In this document: positions 19,413-29,464 of the stretch, one piece after another | Layout: the number at the start of each line of letters is the position of its first letter | Numbering within the stretch: position 1 is the first letter of the stretch | Assembly (NCBI GenBank): GCA_046483495.1 | Contig: JAWODC010000040.1 | Coordinates: forward strand, 32,001 to 96,000 | Length of the DNA: 64,000 nt | Source of the DNA: Desulfobacterales bacterium | GTDB taxonomy: Bacteria > Desulfobacterota > Desulfobacteria > Desulfobacterales > UBA5616 | Reading direction: 5' to 3' | Notes under the pieces: model-generated | Told to the model about the DNA's origin: nothing | Seen by the model: the letters and a program-made list of their open reading frames with translations, nothing else | Database searches by the model: none | Made by a program: the position numbers and the translations under genes

Positions 19413-20582
19413 ATGAAAAGAGGCGGACCCTCCCTTCTGGCCTGGGCCGAAATCGATTTGGGCGCCATTGCACACAATGTTCTGCAGTTGCGGCGGATTA
19501 CCCAACCGGCGGCCGTCCTCATGACGGCGGTAAAGGCTGATGGGTATGGACACGGCGCCGTTCCGACAGCCAAAACCGCACTGCGGTACGGAGCCGGTTT
19601 TCTGGGCGTCGCCAATGTGGATGAAGCGGTCGCTCTCAGGGAAAATGGTATAAACGCCCCCATTCTGATATTCGGGTATACCTTTCCTGAACGAATCGGC
19701 ACCCTTCTCCAATACGATCTTATTCAATCCGTCTATTCATTCGAAATGGCGCGGCATTTTTCACAAGCCGCAATATCCTGTGGCGGTAAAATCAAAATTC
19801 ACATCAAACTGGATACCGGAATGGGCAGGGTCGGAATTTTATCCTTACCGGAGGGGCGTTGTGACGATGGTCGATATTATCGATCGGTGCTGAATGAAAT
19901 CGTTTCGATCGTATCGCTTAAAGGATGTGCGGTAGAGGGCGTTTTCACCCATTTTGCAACGGCCGACCACTGGGACAAATCGTATGCGGAACAGCAGTTC
20001 GGCTGGTTTATGAATGTGGTGAACGGCATGCAGGCCGAAGGCATTAGACCGCCGATTCTCCATGCGGCAAACAGTGCGGCAACCATGGATATGCCCAACA
20101 CGCACCTGGACATGGTAAGGCCGGGAATAGCCGTTTACGGCCTGTATCCATCCGAACACGTGACCGGCAACATCGTTCTAAAGCCGGCCCTCACGCTTAA
20201 AACCCGGGTGATTCAGGTAAAGGACGTTTTTGCCGGTTTTTCCGTGAGCTACGGGTGTACGTATAAAACCCCTCATCCGACAAAAATTGCGACCGTCCCC
20301 ATCGGATATGCAGACGGTTTCGGGCGGGTGCTCTCATCATACGGGCATATGATGGTGAACGGTCAACGGGCGCCGGTAGTGGGGCGCGTATGCATGGATA
20401 TGACCATGCTCGACGTGGGCCATATTCCCGATGTGGCGGTGGAGGACGAGGTGGTGGTCATCGGGAGCCAGGGATCGGGTAACGTTGCGGCGGAAGAAAT
20501 CGCCGCAAAACTCGGAACCATCAGTTACGAGGTGGTGACTTCCATCGGCCGCCGGGTTCGGCGGGTTTACAAAGATCAGTGA
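19413..20582 (+). CDS. alr: alanine racemase
   Basis: AVKADGYGHG, KLDTGMGR, HAANSA, PIGYADG, GRVCMD, TISYE. Confidence 0.97.
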   Translation: MKRGGPSLLAWAEIDLGAIAHNVLQLRRITQPAAVLMTAVKADGYGHGAVPTAKTALRYGAGFLGVANVDEAVALRENGINAPILIFGYTFPERIGTLLQYDLIQSVYSFEMARHFSQAAISCGGKIKIHIKLDTGMGRVGILSLPEGRCDDGRYYRSVLNEIVSIVSLKGCAVEGVFTHFATADHWDKSYAEQQFGWFMNVVNGMQAEGIRPPILHAANSAATMDMPNTHLDMVRPGIAVYGLYPSEHVTGNIVLKPALTLKTRVIQVKDVFAGFSVSYGCTYKTPHPTKIATVPIGYADGFGRVLSSYGHMMVNGQRAPVVGRVCMDMTMLDVGHIPDVAVEDEVVVIGSQGSGNVAAEEIAAKLGTISYEVVTSIGRRVRRVYKDQ

Positions 20583-20586
20583 TCAT

Positions 20587-21519
20587 TTATGGGGCGGGCT
20601 TTTCTTCTATCGTACCGTCTTTGAAGACCATTTTCCCCGTGTTTTTGAGGTCGTATCCGGTCAGGGCTCCGGCCATTTCGTGAAATTCCTCTTCATGGAG
20701 CAGGCTTAAAAAAACCTGTACGCCCTTATCGAAAAAACGCTCTTTTCCAATCAACAGGTCATAGCGTTCCCATCGCAGGGGGATAAAATCAAGGTCGAGC
20801 AGTGCGGCGATATATCGAATAGCAGGACCCGCATCGGCCTGGCCGGATAAAATTTCAAATCCTACATCCATGTGCCGGCCGACTTCACGGTAGTATCCGT
20901 CGATGGACTCGCCGGCTATTCCGGATTTCTTCAGTTCCCTGTCGAACAGAAGCCGTGTACCGGTACCGAGCGGGCGATTGACGATTTTGACGTGGTTGCG
21001 GGCCAGGTCCTTGACACCTGAAATGTTTTTCGGGTTTTTCTTTTGGACGATAATTCCCTGCTCGCGAAAACAAAAATTTACGATGGCGGGATCTCTGTCC
21101 AGCTCCCGGGCGGCAAATTCAAAGTTGTAATCCTGATCATCTTCCTGGACCAGATGGCTGGAAGCCATATGGCAGAGATTCCGTCGGAGGGCCCGAACGC
21201 CGCCCATGCTGCCCAGGTTTCCGAATACGGCGATATGATCGGGGTATTTCCTGTTGAATAGCGTAATCGTCTTCTCCAAAAGAGGATCGTTGCTGCCGGT
21301 AATGATCAACAATCCTTCGTAGGGCGGCAGATTGTTGATGGATTCCGGGTAGTTGATGGTATTCGTTTCGATCCATTGCTCCACCAGGTGGCGGGGAAAC
21401 AGCCATTTACCGGTGATCTTCGTCGCAGGCAGCCCTTTTTCCGCGACGAGCGTATAAATCATCTTTTCATTGACATCTAGAAATTGGGCTGCTTCTTTAG
21501 TCGAAAGGAAGGTTTTCAT
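20587..21519 (-). CDS. excisionase-type HTH + PBP-like (molybdate/tungstate-sensing) transcriptional regulator
   Basis: LSTKEAAQFL...LPATKITGKWLFP HTH; GSND, GSMGG, REQG, NRPLGTGTR, ERYDL. Confidence 0.85.
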   Translation of the reverse strand: MKTFLSTKEAAQFLDVNEKMIYTLVAEKGLPATKITGKWLFPRHLVEQWIETNTINYPESINNLPPYEGLLIITGSNDPLLEKTITLFNRKYPDHIAVFGNLGSMGGVRALRRNLCHMASSHLVQEDDQDYNFEFAARELDRDPAIVNFCFREQGIIVQKKNPKNISGVKDLARNHVKIVNRPLGTGTRLLFDRELKKSGIAGESIDGYYREVGRHMDVGFEILSGQADAGPAIRYIAALLDLDFIPLRWERYDLLIGKERFFDKGVQVFLSLLHEEEFHEMAGALTGYDLKNTGKMVFKDGTIEEKPAP

Positions 21520-21832
21520 GCCAACGGTTCCTCCTCAAAAACGATCCGACACGATTCGGCGGACAATTACAAACCTGCTGGAGCAGGCGCCGCACAACGC
21601 ACGGGAGTTGTCCAAAATTATAGGTATTCCGGAAAAAGACATCGTCGCGCATCTCCCTCATATTGGTCGATCTGCCTCGGTTTCAGGCAAAAAACTGACA
21701 ATAGTGCCGGCAAAATGTCTATCCTGCGGATATGTCTTTAAAGATCGAAAACGATTTTCACGTCCCGGCCGTTGTCCCGCTTGCAGGAATACGCACATCG
21801 AAGCGCCTTCCTACAGGATCGAACATCGATGA
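21518..21832 (+). CDS. small HTH + zinc-ribbon protein (predicted transcriptional regulator)
   Basis: TIRRTI...ARELSKIIGIPEKDIVAHLPHI, CLSCGYVF, PGRCPAC; SD gaaaggaagg precedes ATG 21518. Confidence 0.82.
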   Translation: MPTVPPQKRSDTIRRTITNLLEQAPHNARELSKIIGIPEKDIVAHLPHIGRSASVSGKKLTIVPAKCLSCGYVFKDRKRFSRPGRCPACRNTHIEAPSYRIEHR

Positions 21833-21848
21833 TTCGGCCGGTTAAGGA

Positions 21849-22229
21849 TTATTTTTTTTGATACCAGTTCCCCCCGGGATCCTGAAGCCATTCTCCCGGC
21901 TGGGCTGTCTGGGCTATCTGCATAGCCCTTCGGGCCCCGACAACTTCGGCAGTGGTTCCCTGCTGTTCGGCAATGGCCTGGTACACTCGTCTTCTGTCGG
22001 CATTTTCAGCCGCAACCACCTCCTGCTTGGGTTTTTTGTCCGTGAGGTACTCGAGGTATCCGCTGTTATTTTCACCCACGATCCCGTCATTTTTCAGCGC
22101 AAGGATCGTGGGAAGACGCTCGAGCATTCGTTGTTTGATATCAGCGGCACCGGCAAATGCATTCGCTTGTGCCATAAACCCGAGAACAAGCAATATGAAC
22201 AGGACGGTTGAGAAAACACGCATTTTCAT
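21849..22229 (-). CDS. ydbL: YdbL-family (DUF1318) periplasmic protein
   Basis: Signal peptide, GIVGENNSGYL, ENADRRRVYQAIA, GEWLQ; downstream of ydbH-ynbE. Confidence 0.85.
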   Translation of the reverse strand: MKMRVFSTVLFILLVLGFMAQANAFAGAADIKQRMLERLPTILALKNDGIVGENNSGYLEYLTDKKPKQEVVAAENADRRRVYQAIAEQQGTTAEVVGARRAMQIAQTAQPGEWLQDPGGNWYQKK

Positions 22230-22330
22230 TTCATGCCTCCTTTTTATCGAAATGGACCTGCTTTCGGTGACCTTCAGGCAAATGGAAGGGTGAACTGAAT
22301 TCTTGTTCTTGCCCGGGGTCCTGCATAAAG

Positions 22331-22549
22331 TTATGGGCCTTGCTCCTCTAATTTCGGGTCAATGGTTTGGGCTTTCTGGTCGATGTCGCCGAAGAAATCA
22401 TCCAATGCCCTATCGACCTTGACATTCACATCGATGGTAATGTGAATCGGCTTGACTTCGACGGGAGCCAGTTCAACCCGGTGCCGTGTGCATGAGACAC
22501 TCATGGCTGCAAGCCAGACGGCTGCAACGAAAATAGCTGCTCGTTTCAT
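22331..22549 (-). CDS. ynbE: YnbE-like lipoprotein
   Basis: Lipobox SVSC, KPIHITIDVNVKVDRALDDFF. Confidence 0.8.
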   Translation of the reverse strand: MKRAAIFVAAVWLAAMSVSCTRHRVELAPVEVKPIHITIDVNVKVDRALDDFFGDIDQKAQTIDPKLEEQGP

Positions 22550-22590
22550 TTCTTTTTCCTCTTTACGATCGGGTCAAATGAACGTATCAC

Positions 22591-25338
22591 TCAGTTTAGC
22601 ATTTTCAATATGTCTCGATAGCGCAAAAGAGCATTCAGAGGCAATCGAAAATTAATGGTCAGATTAACCCCCTGAAATTCGGATCCCTGTTCGTCGGGCT
22701 CCACTTTCACGAATCTACCGACGCTTGGTTCATAGATAAAGGGAAGGGGATCGGTGGGTTTGCCGTTTAGATTGAGCCGCATGATCAGATCCGATTCTTC
22801 GGTGGTCAGCCCCAATGTCGCCCAGTTGTAATCATAGCTTTTTAACACTTCTCTGGCAAGATCCATTTGTGCATGCTCAGGGCTGCCGGGGGGAATGCCT
22901 GCGAGGAGCTTCTCGGTATTGCGAACATGAATGATTCCGCCCTGACCCGGTGTGGAGTATAGAAAACCGTCCTGGACGACTAGACGGCCGTTGATGTATT
23001 GCAGGGGAATCCGCCCGTTTACCGCGCCTTTTCCTTCTGCATCCGCAGCCCCGAACTGGTCAAGCAGCATGGCCAGATCCAGGCGGTCGCAGTAAAGGAT
23101 CGCATCATAGTCCCTTTGATCGCCGGCAATTCGCAGGGCATAGGTATTCACATGCCCGTTGCACCAGTTGAACCCGGCCTTTTCGATCAGCAGCGAATCA
23201 CCGGATTCAATTTGAAATTGTATCACACCTCCATCAACGAAAAAGTCGCCAAAGGCAGCGGATGCAAATTCAAGCCGCTGTTTAGGCGCGGATCTGAATG
23301 CGGTCAGATCCGGAACAGCCAGCCGGGTATGAATACCGCGTATCGTAAGCCCCGCCTCCGGATTTTCAAGTGCGCCATTCTGAACTCCGGCATTCAGGGC
23401 GGCATGGACGCCTTGTGGGGTATAGGAAACCATGCCGGAAACACTGAAACTACCGGAAAACGTAAACCCCTTCGCTGTCGGGATCAATCGTTCCAGGTCC
23501 AGGGGAGCGGATGTCACATAAGGCCGGCTGTGGCAGGTCAGCGAAACGGTCAACATGTCGGAAGTATCGGCAAATTCGGTTTTTCCCGAAAAATCCACCG
23601 TAAATTTCGGCAGCAATGGGTTCACATGGGAACCCTTGAAGCTTACCCCGGGTCCGATTTGCCGCATTGTCCCCGATGCATTCCCCAGTTCTGTTTCGCC
23701 GGAACGGATACGATTGATTGTGAAATTTCCCGATGGTGCGGGGTCGGTGAGGGGCCAGGCGAGCGGAAGTACGACGGATATGCCCGTAAACCCGATCCCC
23801 GAATCCCTGATGTGCGCTTGTGCGTCGAGAACCGTAATCGTTCCGGAACAGTGCCGGTTTGGAGCGGTCGGATTTTCACAGTGCCCTTCGATGGATAATT
23901 CCGGCAGGGTAATTTCCGCCGCCTCGAACTCCAGACGGGATTTTCCCGACGTTAAGGCCAGGCGGATCGTCGGAGTATCCGGAGAGCCAATGGAAAGAGA
24001 GCCTTTAATGTTCAACGACTCGACATTGACGGAAACCGGACCGGACGCTTCGATATGGTCGAGTCCAAGGCTGAAATCGGCTGTTACGCCGTTTTCCGAA
24101 CCGTTTGCCGCAATGGTAAACCGGGGGACGACCGGGCGGATGTGTAGATCACCGATCCATATGTCACCTGTGGAAGCGGAAATCAGCGCTTGCGGAAGGG
24201 ATTCGTTTCCCAATTCGAGAGACCAACCCCCTTCATTGGGGACAGCGAATGAAAAACGGCCGGCCAATTCCGCTGGTGAACGCGCTTCAGGGGATGGGGG
24301 CCTGCCGGGTTGGTCGAAAGACGCCAGAATGTCTCCTTCACCGGTAATGCCGGCGTTTTCAATCGAAAGCGTGCTCGTAATCCGGGACAATTGCACCGGA
24401 ACGGGAGAGGCGATCCGGAGATCGGAAATTTCCAATTGCCAGGCGTTATCGGATTTTTTTTCAAACGAAAGCCGAACGGGAACGGACGGTTTTTCGGCGG
24501 ATTCGGACACGCGTGTGCGAAAGTCACCATAGCGGATGTCCGGATTGTGGATTTCGGCATGTGCCGAAAACATGGCTATGGCAAACGGCGAGAAACGGAT
24601 TCGGGTGGAAACGGAAACGTCGGCTGCGCCCAAAAGGGCGGCATCAGGCGGCAAACCCGCGATCGGAGCAAGAGAACCCAGGGCAAACGCCTGTGAGGCA
24701 AGATGAATCGCGGTCGAACCGTTCTCCAAATCGGCATCAGCCGAAAGGCCGACGGCCTGTCCGAATGGATATGCCCAACCTTTGCAGGAAAGCCGCGTCA
24801 TGTCCGGGGAGCGCGCATCGATGTTCAGACTGAAAGGGATCCGATAGCTTCGGTCCGCTTCGACGCGTATTATTCGGCCGTTGGTAACCCTGATCTGATG
24901 AACATAAAAATCCATGCCCTGATCGGGGGTTTCATTTTCCCGGTGTGAACCGGTCACTTCAGCGTCCAACGGCCATACACCGGGAATGGAAAATGCTTTG
25001 TCGGTTAATTCAGTGACAACGGTAATGCCGTGTATGCGGATTGTTTTGACCCGTTTGCCAAGCACCCCCAGCGGCGAATAATCGATATCCACCGAATCGA
25101 TGACGATACCGGCGTCGGAAGCGGTTCCCATTCGAATATCCGTCAGGTCCGCTCCGAATAATCCAATGTGCCTAACATTACAGGAAAAGCGTTCGATTCC
25201 GGCGGCCTGAACCAGATCCGGAAGGAGGCGCTCCTCCAGGATAAAAGGCGAAACATACCGGAGAACTGCGAAAAATCCGCATGCCGCCACGGCGATCACC
25301 AGCAGCAGAATGGCGATTTTATTATAAACGAAGCGCAT
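22591..25338 (-). CDS. ydbH: YdbH-family AsmA-like intermembrane lipid transport protein
   Basis: N-terminal anchor, long beta-rich body, C-terminal GAVNGRIPL...LNLNGKP...INFRLPLN; ydbH-ynbE-ydbL synteny. Confidence 0.82.
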   Translation of the reverse strand: MRFVYNKIAILLLVIAVAACGFFAVLRYVSPFILEERLLPDLVQAAGIERFSCNVRHIGLFGADLTDIRMGTASDAGIVIDSVDIDYSPLGVLGKRVKTIRIHGITVVTELTDKAFSIPGVWPLDAEVTGSHRENETPDQGMDFYVHQIRVTNGRIIRVEADRSYRIPFSLNIDARSPDMTRLSCKGWAYPFGQAVGLSADADLENGSTAIHLASQAFALGSLAPIAGLPPDAALLGAADVSVSTRIRFSPFAIAMFSAHAEIHNPDIRYGDFRTRVSESAEKPSVPVRLSFEKKSDNAWQLEISDLRIASPVPVQLSRITSTLSIENAGITGEGDILASFDQPGRPPSPEARSPAELAGRFSFAVPNEGGWSLELGNESLPQALISASTGDIWIGDLHIRPVVPRFTIAANGSENGVTADFSLGLDHIEASGPVSVNVESLNIKGSLSIGSPDTPTIRLALTSGKSRLEFEAAEITLPELSIEGHCENPTAPNRHCSGTITVLDAQAHIRDSGIGFTGISVVLPLAWPLTDPAPSGNFTINRIRSGETELGNASGTMRQIGPGVSFKGSHVNPLLPKFTVDFSGKTEFADTSDMLTVSLTCHSRPYVTSAPLDLERLIPTAKGFTFSGSFSVSGMVSYTPQGVHAALNAGVQNGALENPEAGLTIRGIHTRLAVPDLTAFRSAPKQRLEFASAAFGDFFVDGGVIQFQIESGDSLLIEKAGFNWCNGHVNTYALRIAGDQRDYDAILYCDRLDLAMLLDQFGAADAEGKGAVNGRIPLQYINGRLVVQDGFLYSTPGQGGIIHVRNTEKLLAGIPPGSPEHAQMDLAREVLKSYDYNWATLGLTTEESDLIMRLNLNGKPTDPLPFIYEPSVGRFVKVEPDEQGSEFQGVNLTINFRLPLNALLRYRDILKMLN

Positions 25339-25354
25339 GGGCTGTACCGTCCAA

Positions 25355-26389
25355 CTATACATTGAACCGAAACGTGATAATATCCCCGTCTTTGATTTCG
25401 TATGTCTTGCCTTCGAGCCGCGTCATGCCTTGTTTTCTGGCTTCATGATATGAACCTGCGGTCATCAAATCCTCATAGGCGAGGACTTCCGCCCGAATAA
25501 AGCCCTTTTTCATGTCCGAGTGAATGGTGCCGGCGGCCTCCCGGGCCGGGGTGCCCGATTTGATGGTCCATGCCCGAACTTCGTCCTGTCCCACGGTAAA
25601 AAAGGAAATCATGCCAAGCAGTTCATAGGATTTGTGAATGGCGCGGTCCATTGCAGATTCGGTGATGTCGTATTCGGCCATAAATGCCTGCGCTTCTTTT
25701 GAAGACATCTGTGCCAGTTCGTGCTCCAATTTTCCGCGCACCACGATGAAATCCTTACCGTCGCCGAATCGTCGTGGATCGGGGGCGCCATCATCCTCAT
25801 CCGGGTTATTGAAAAGCACCAGCAGCGGTTTTGCCGAAACAAACGCAAACCCTTTTAACAAAGGGGCGTTCGCCGCTTCAGGATAATTGCGGATGGGCTC
25901 TTCGTTTTCAAGCCGCACCCGGCATTCGGTCAACAGGGCCTTTTCCTCGGGGTCGGGCTTTTTACCCCGTTTCTGATCCATTCCGAGACGTTCCAGCCGT
26001 TTTTCAACGGTGATTAAATCCGAGAGGATCATTTCCTGCTCGAGCTGTTTAAAATCTGCGCGTGGATCGGGTGGGGCACCGTCGAATCCGGTGAAATTCC
26101 GCAGCACGTGAATCAACGCGTGGCAGTCCCGTATCCGGTTGTACACCGGTTGATCGTTAACTGTATCGCCTTTTCGAGACGGGGCGGCTGGTAAAAAATA
26201 TTCCACCTGTGCATAAATCGTTTTTTGGGGCGTATATATTCTGCTCAGCCGATCGACGCGAACGTCGGGTACGCGGATCGTTCCGATCCGGTCTTCGGAT
26301 TTATTCTGAGCATCCTGGAAATTTCGAGTCAGTGCTTCGAAAATCGTGGATTTCCCGCATCCGGGAAGTCCGGTTATACCTAACTTCAT
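25355..26389 (-). CDS. ychF: YchF-like Obg-family NTPase (DUF933 C-terminus), divergent
   Basis: GLPGCGKST, PDVRVDRL, SFFTVGQDEVRAW, AGTIHSD, GFIRAEV, DGDIITFRFNV. Confidence 0.85.
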   Translation of the reverse strand: MKLGITGLPGCGKSTIFEALTRNFQDAQNKSEDRIGTIRVPDVRVDRLSRIYTPQKTIYAQVEYFLPAAPSRKGDTVNDQPVYNRIRDCHALIHVLRNFTGFDGAPPDPRADFKQLEQEMILSDLITVEKRLERLGMDQKRGKKPDPEEKALLTECRVRLENEEPIRNYPEAANAPLLKGFAFVSAKPLLVLFNNPDEDDGAPDPRRFGDGKDFIVVRGKLEHELAQMSSKEAQAFMAEYDITESAMDRAIHKSYELLGMISFFTVGQDEVRAWTIKSGTPAREAAGTIHSDMKKGFIRAEVLAYEDLMTAGSYHEARKQGMTRLEGKTYEIKDGDIITFRFNV

Positions 26390-26419
26390 ACGTGTATCCT
26401 GAACCGCTTAGTTAGTGCC

Positions 26420-27409
26420 CTAGTTATGGCTTGAAATATCACCCTGCCGAAGTGAACTCAACCGCTCCAAAACAGCTTCAGCTTCCTTGACAATGGATTG
26501 AATCGTCTCCGCCACGGTCGGGCAATTCGTGATTCGGCCGGCCGTCTGGCCCATGCCCATCATGCCTTCGGTGATATTCCCCTGCTGCCACCCTTTGCGC
26601 CCCACATCGCCGCTGATATACGGTGCGAGTTCTTCGATGCTTGCCCCCTTCAATTCCATATCGAGGATTTTTTCCGCCCAAGGGGTTTTCAGCACCCGGC
26701 TGGGGTTCATGTATGCCTTCATGACCAGCATGGTGTCAAATTCACGGGCATCCATGATCGCCTGCTTGGCATTTGGATGAATGGGGCACTCCAGTGTACT
26801 CATAAACCGGGTCCCCATGTTCACCGCATCAGCACCCAGGGCAAGCCCGGCCACCAGCGTTTTCCCGTCACAAAACCCGCCGCCGACGATCAGTGGGGCC
26901 GAGATGGATTCCGCCGTCAAAGGGGCCAGAATAAGGGAAGTGACCTCCTCCATGCTGGGGTGCCCTCCGCACTCGGTGCCTACGATGGATACCACATCCA
27001 CCCCCATCTTATCCACCTTTACGGCGTCTCTGAGGCGGGCGCATTTATGGATATGAATCAGTCCCGCCGACCGGATTCGGTCGCGATAGGGTTCGGGGCT
27101 TCTGCCTGCCGTTTCCAGAATCGTTACACCGGAATCGGTCACCCAGTCGAGGCGCTCCTCCACCGGCAGGTCCCGCATGGCGGGGAACAATCCGACATTG
27201 ACACCGAACGGTTGATCGGTCAAATCCCTGGTTTTCTTGATCTCATCCATAAATTCATCCCGGGTCTGAAAAAAGGCGGATGAGATACAACAGAATCCTC
27301 CTGCATTGGCAACGGCCGCCGTCAACTCCGCCAGGGTAATGCCGTGCATGGTGCCGCATTGGATAGGGTACTTGATGCCGAACATTTTCGTCAATTGGGT
27401 CTCGAGCAT
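26420..27409 (-). CDS. nitronate monooxygenase/enoyl-ACP reductase (FabK-like) family FMN protein
   Basis: KYPIQCGTM, PFGVN, GTECGGH, GGFCDG, LGADAVNMGTRF. Confidence 0.9.
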   Translation of the reverse strand: MLETQLTKMFGIKYPIQCGTMHGITLAELTAAVANAGGFCCISSAFFQTRDEFMDEIKKTRDLTDQPFGVNVGLFPAMRDLPVEERLDWVTDSGVTILETAGRSPEPYRDRIRSAGLIHIHKCARLRDAVKVDKMGVDVVSIVGTECGGHPSMEEVTSLILAPLTAESISAPLIVGGGFCDGKTLVAGLALGADAVNMGTRFMSTLECPIHPNAKQAIMDAREFDTMLVMKAYMNPSRVLKTPWAEKILDMELKGASIEELAPYISGDVGRKGWQQGNITEGMMGMGQTAGRITNCPTVAETIQSIVKEAEAVLERLSSLRQGDISSHN

Positions 27410-27712
27410 AACCAGATCTCCTTTTTTGCGGGTTATTTTCGGCTCCGAAGCATGGCCTCACATTTCTGAGCCCGGTGCCGGGAAAAGCACTCGATCCGGG
27501 GGATAATGCATAACCGGAAAGAAGCATTCGCGCGGATTGAAGAACGATCCGTGTGAAGCGAGGGCTTGATCATAGCATTAATTTTTGTTACAGAAAAGTT
27601 TTGAAATCGACAATTCAGCGGCCGTCCTTCAGGATGGACGCCGCAGTCTGTTCCGCCGATTATCCCTTCATTGCAAACGCATTCATTAACGCTAACCAAA
27701 AGGAGAATTTTC

Positions 27713-28714
27713 ATGGCTGAAAAGGATATGTATCACCAATTGGCTGAAGTGATCGGTGCCGGCAATTCCAGGCTGATTCCGGCTATTATGAAAGAAATGG
27801 CCGATGAAAAGGAAATGAAGCTGGTATTGGCTGCTTCGCCGCCGGCAACCGTCGAAGAGCTTGCCGAAAAAACGGAAATTCCCAAAGATGAAGTGCAAAA
27901 ATTGCTGGACGGCCTTTTCACAAAAGGACTTATCTACAAGTCGAAAAAACCGGAGGGCACCAAATATTATCGCGTCCGGCACCTGATCCAGTTCCATGAT
28001 GCAACCATTTTGACACCGGGGTTATCCAAGGATGTTTTGGATATGTGGAAGGAGTTCGACCATGAGGAGTGGCCGATGTTTCTGGATCAATATGAAGAGC
28101 TGTTGCCCAAACCCGGATCACGGGTTATTCCGGTGAACGTCTCCGTCGAATCGGAATCGAAAATACTGGCTTTCGAGGACGTACGCTCCATTGTCGAGGA
28201 GGCAAATCGCCTGGCGGTGGTCAACTGTACATGCCGGCTCGTGGATGGGAAATGCGGCAAGCCCGTCGAGGTATGCATTCAGATCAATAAGGCCGCGGAT
28301 TATACCCTCGAGCGGGGGACCGGCCGGGAATTGTCGAAGCAGGAAGCGATTGACATGCTGAAAATGTGCGAGGAAGAGGGATTGGTTCACATTACGGATA
28401 ATCGTCGGTCAATCGGAAATCTGATCTGCAACTGCTGCGAGGACTGCTGCATCAACTGGCCGGGTTCCCGAAAGGCCAGCAAAAAATTCGTGGCTCCAAG
28501 CCGATTTGTCGCCTCCGTCGATGAAGATTTGTGCACGAGTTGCGAGGTTTGCCTGGATCGGTGCTACTTCGATGCCATAACGATGACCGGAGCTGGAGGA
28601 ACCGCCCAAATCGATGAGGAAAACTGCATGGGATGCGGTCTGTGCATCGTAACCTGCGATTCCGATGCGATGTCCTTGAAGGAGACGCGATCGGAAAGTT
28701 TTGTCGAAGAATAA
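27713..28714 (+). CDS. 4Fe-4S binding protein with N-terminal HTH-like region
   Basis: CTCR...C...C, ICNCCEDCC, CTSCEVCLDRC, CMGCGLCIVTC. Confidence 0.85.
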   Translation: MAEKDMYHQLAEVIGAGNSRLIPAIMKEMADEKEMKLVLAASPPATVEELAEKTEIPKDEVQKLLDGLFTKGLIYKSKKPEGTKYYRVRHLIQFHDATILTPGLSKDVLDMWKEFDHEEWPMFLDQYEELLPKPGSRVIPVNVSVESESKILAFEDVRSIVEEANRLAVVNCTCRLVDGKCGKPVEVCIQINKAADYTLERGTGRELSKQEAIDMLKMCEEEGLVHITDNRRSIGNLICNCCEDCCINWPGSRKASKKFVAPSRFVASVDEDLCTSCEVCLDRCYFDAITMTGAGGTAQIDEENCMGCGLCIVTCDSDAMSLKETRSESFVEE

Positions 28715-28744
28715 GCCACGCGATCCCGAATTCCTATCTCTTTT

Positions 28745-28776
28745 GAAAAAAGCCGCCGTTTCGGGCGGCTTTTTTC
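28745..28776 (+). terminator. rho-independent terminator
   Basis: gaaaaaagccgcc-gtttcg-ggcggcttttttc, 30 bp after the stop codon. Confidence 0.85.
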
Positions 28777-28979
28777 AGTTTGCTCGAACAAATACGACCG
28801 GTTGAAGCCGAAAAACCGCCGATTGCATAATTTTTCAACTTCTTATAAGGTATAATGAAATCTTTAAATTCATGCCGGAGCATTTTGGACCTGCCGGAAA
28901 GAGAGCGAGGCGGGCAAGACGGGCGACACGGGTGCCACAAACCGCCAAGGCGTTTAACCGCTGATGCGAGGATGCAGGA

Positions 28980-29459
28980 ATGAAAACAGCAAATCAGCTG
29001 CAGGCCTCTGTGGGCAGGATGACCTACGGCATCTATGCCCTCACCGCCGCATATGAAGATGTCATCAATGCCATGATCGCCTCATGGGTCAGCCAGGTTT
29101 CCCATGATCCATACCTGATTATGGTCGGAATCCACCCAAACCGTTTTTCGCATCATCTCATCGAAAATAGCGGCCGGTTCGCACTTCATGTCATGGCCGA
29201 ACATCAGATCGATTTGATGCGTCAATTCAAATTAAGGGATCCCAACGCCAAATTTTCCGGTTTGGATTGGACGCCCGGGAAGACCGGCTGCCCCATTTTG
29301 GCGGACTGCATTTGCTTTATGGAATGCGAGGTAACACAGCGTCTTATGCCGGGGAATCACACCCTGTTTATTGGAAACGTGGTAAACGCGGGTGTGAATG
29401 CGGATAAAACGCCGTTGTCGACCCTGGACTACAGCGGGGTGTATGTCGGCGATACCTAG
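28980..29459 (+). CDS. flavin reductase-like FMN-binding protein
   Basis: YGIYALT, NAMIASWVSQVS, GCPIL, GNHTLFIG. Confidence 0.9.
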   Translation: MKTANQLQASVGRMTYGIYALTAAYEDVINAMIASWVSQVSHDPYLIMVGIHPNRFSHHLIENSGRFALHVMAEHQIDLMRQFKLRDPNAKFSGLDWTPGKTGCPILADCICFMECEVTQRLMPGNHTLFIGNVVNAGVNADKTPLSTLDYSGVYVGDT

Positions 29460-29464
29460 CTCCG

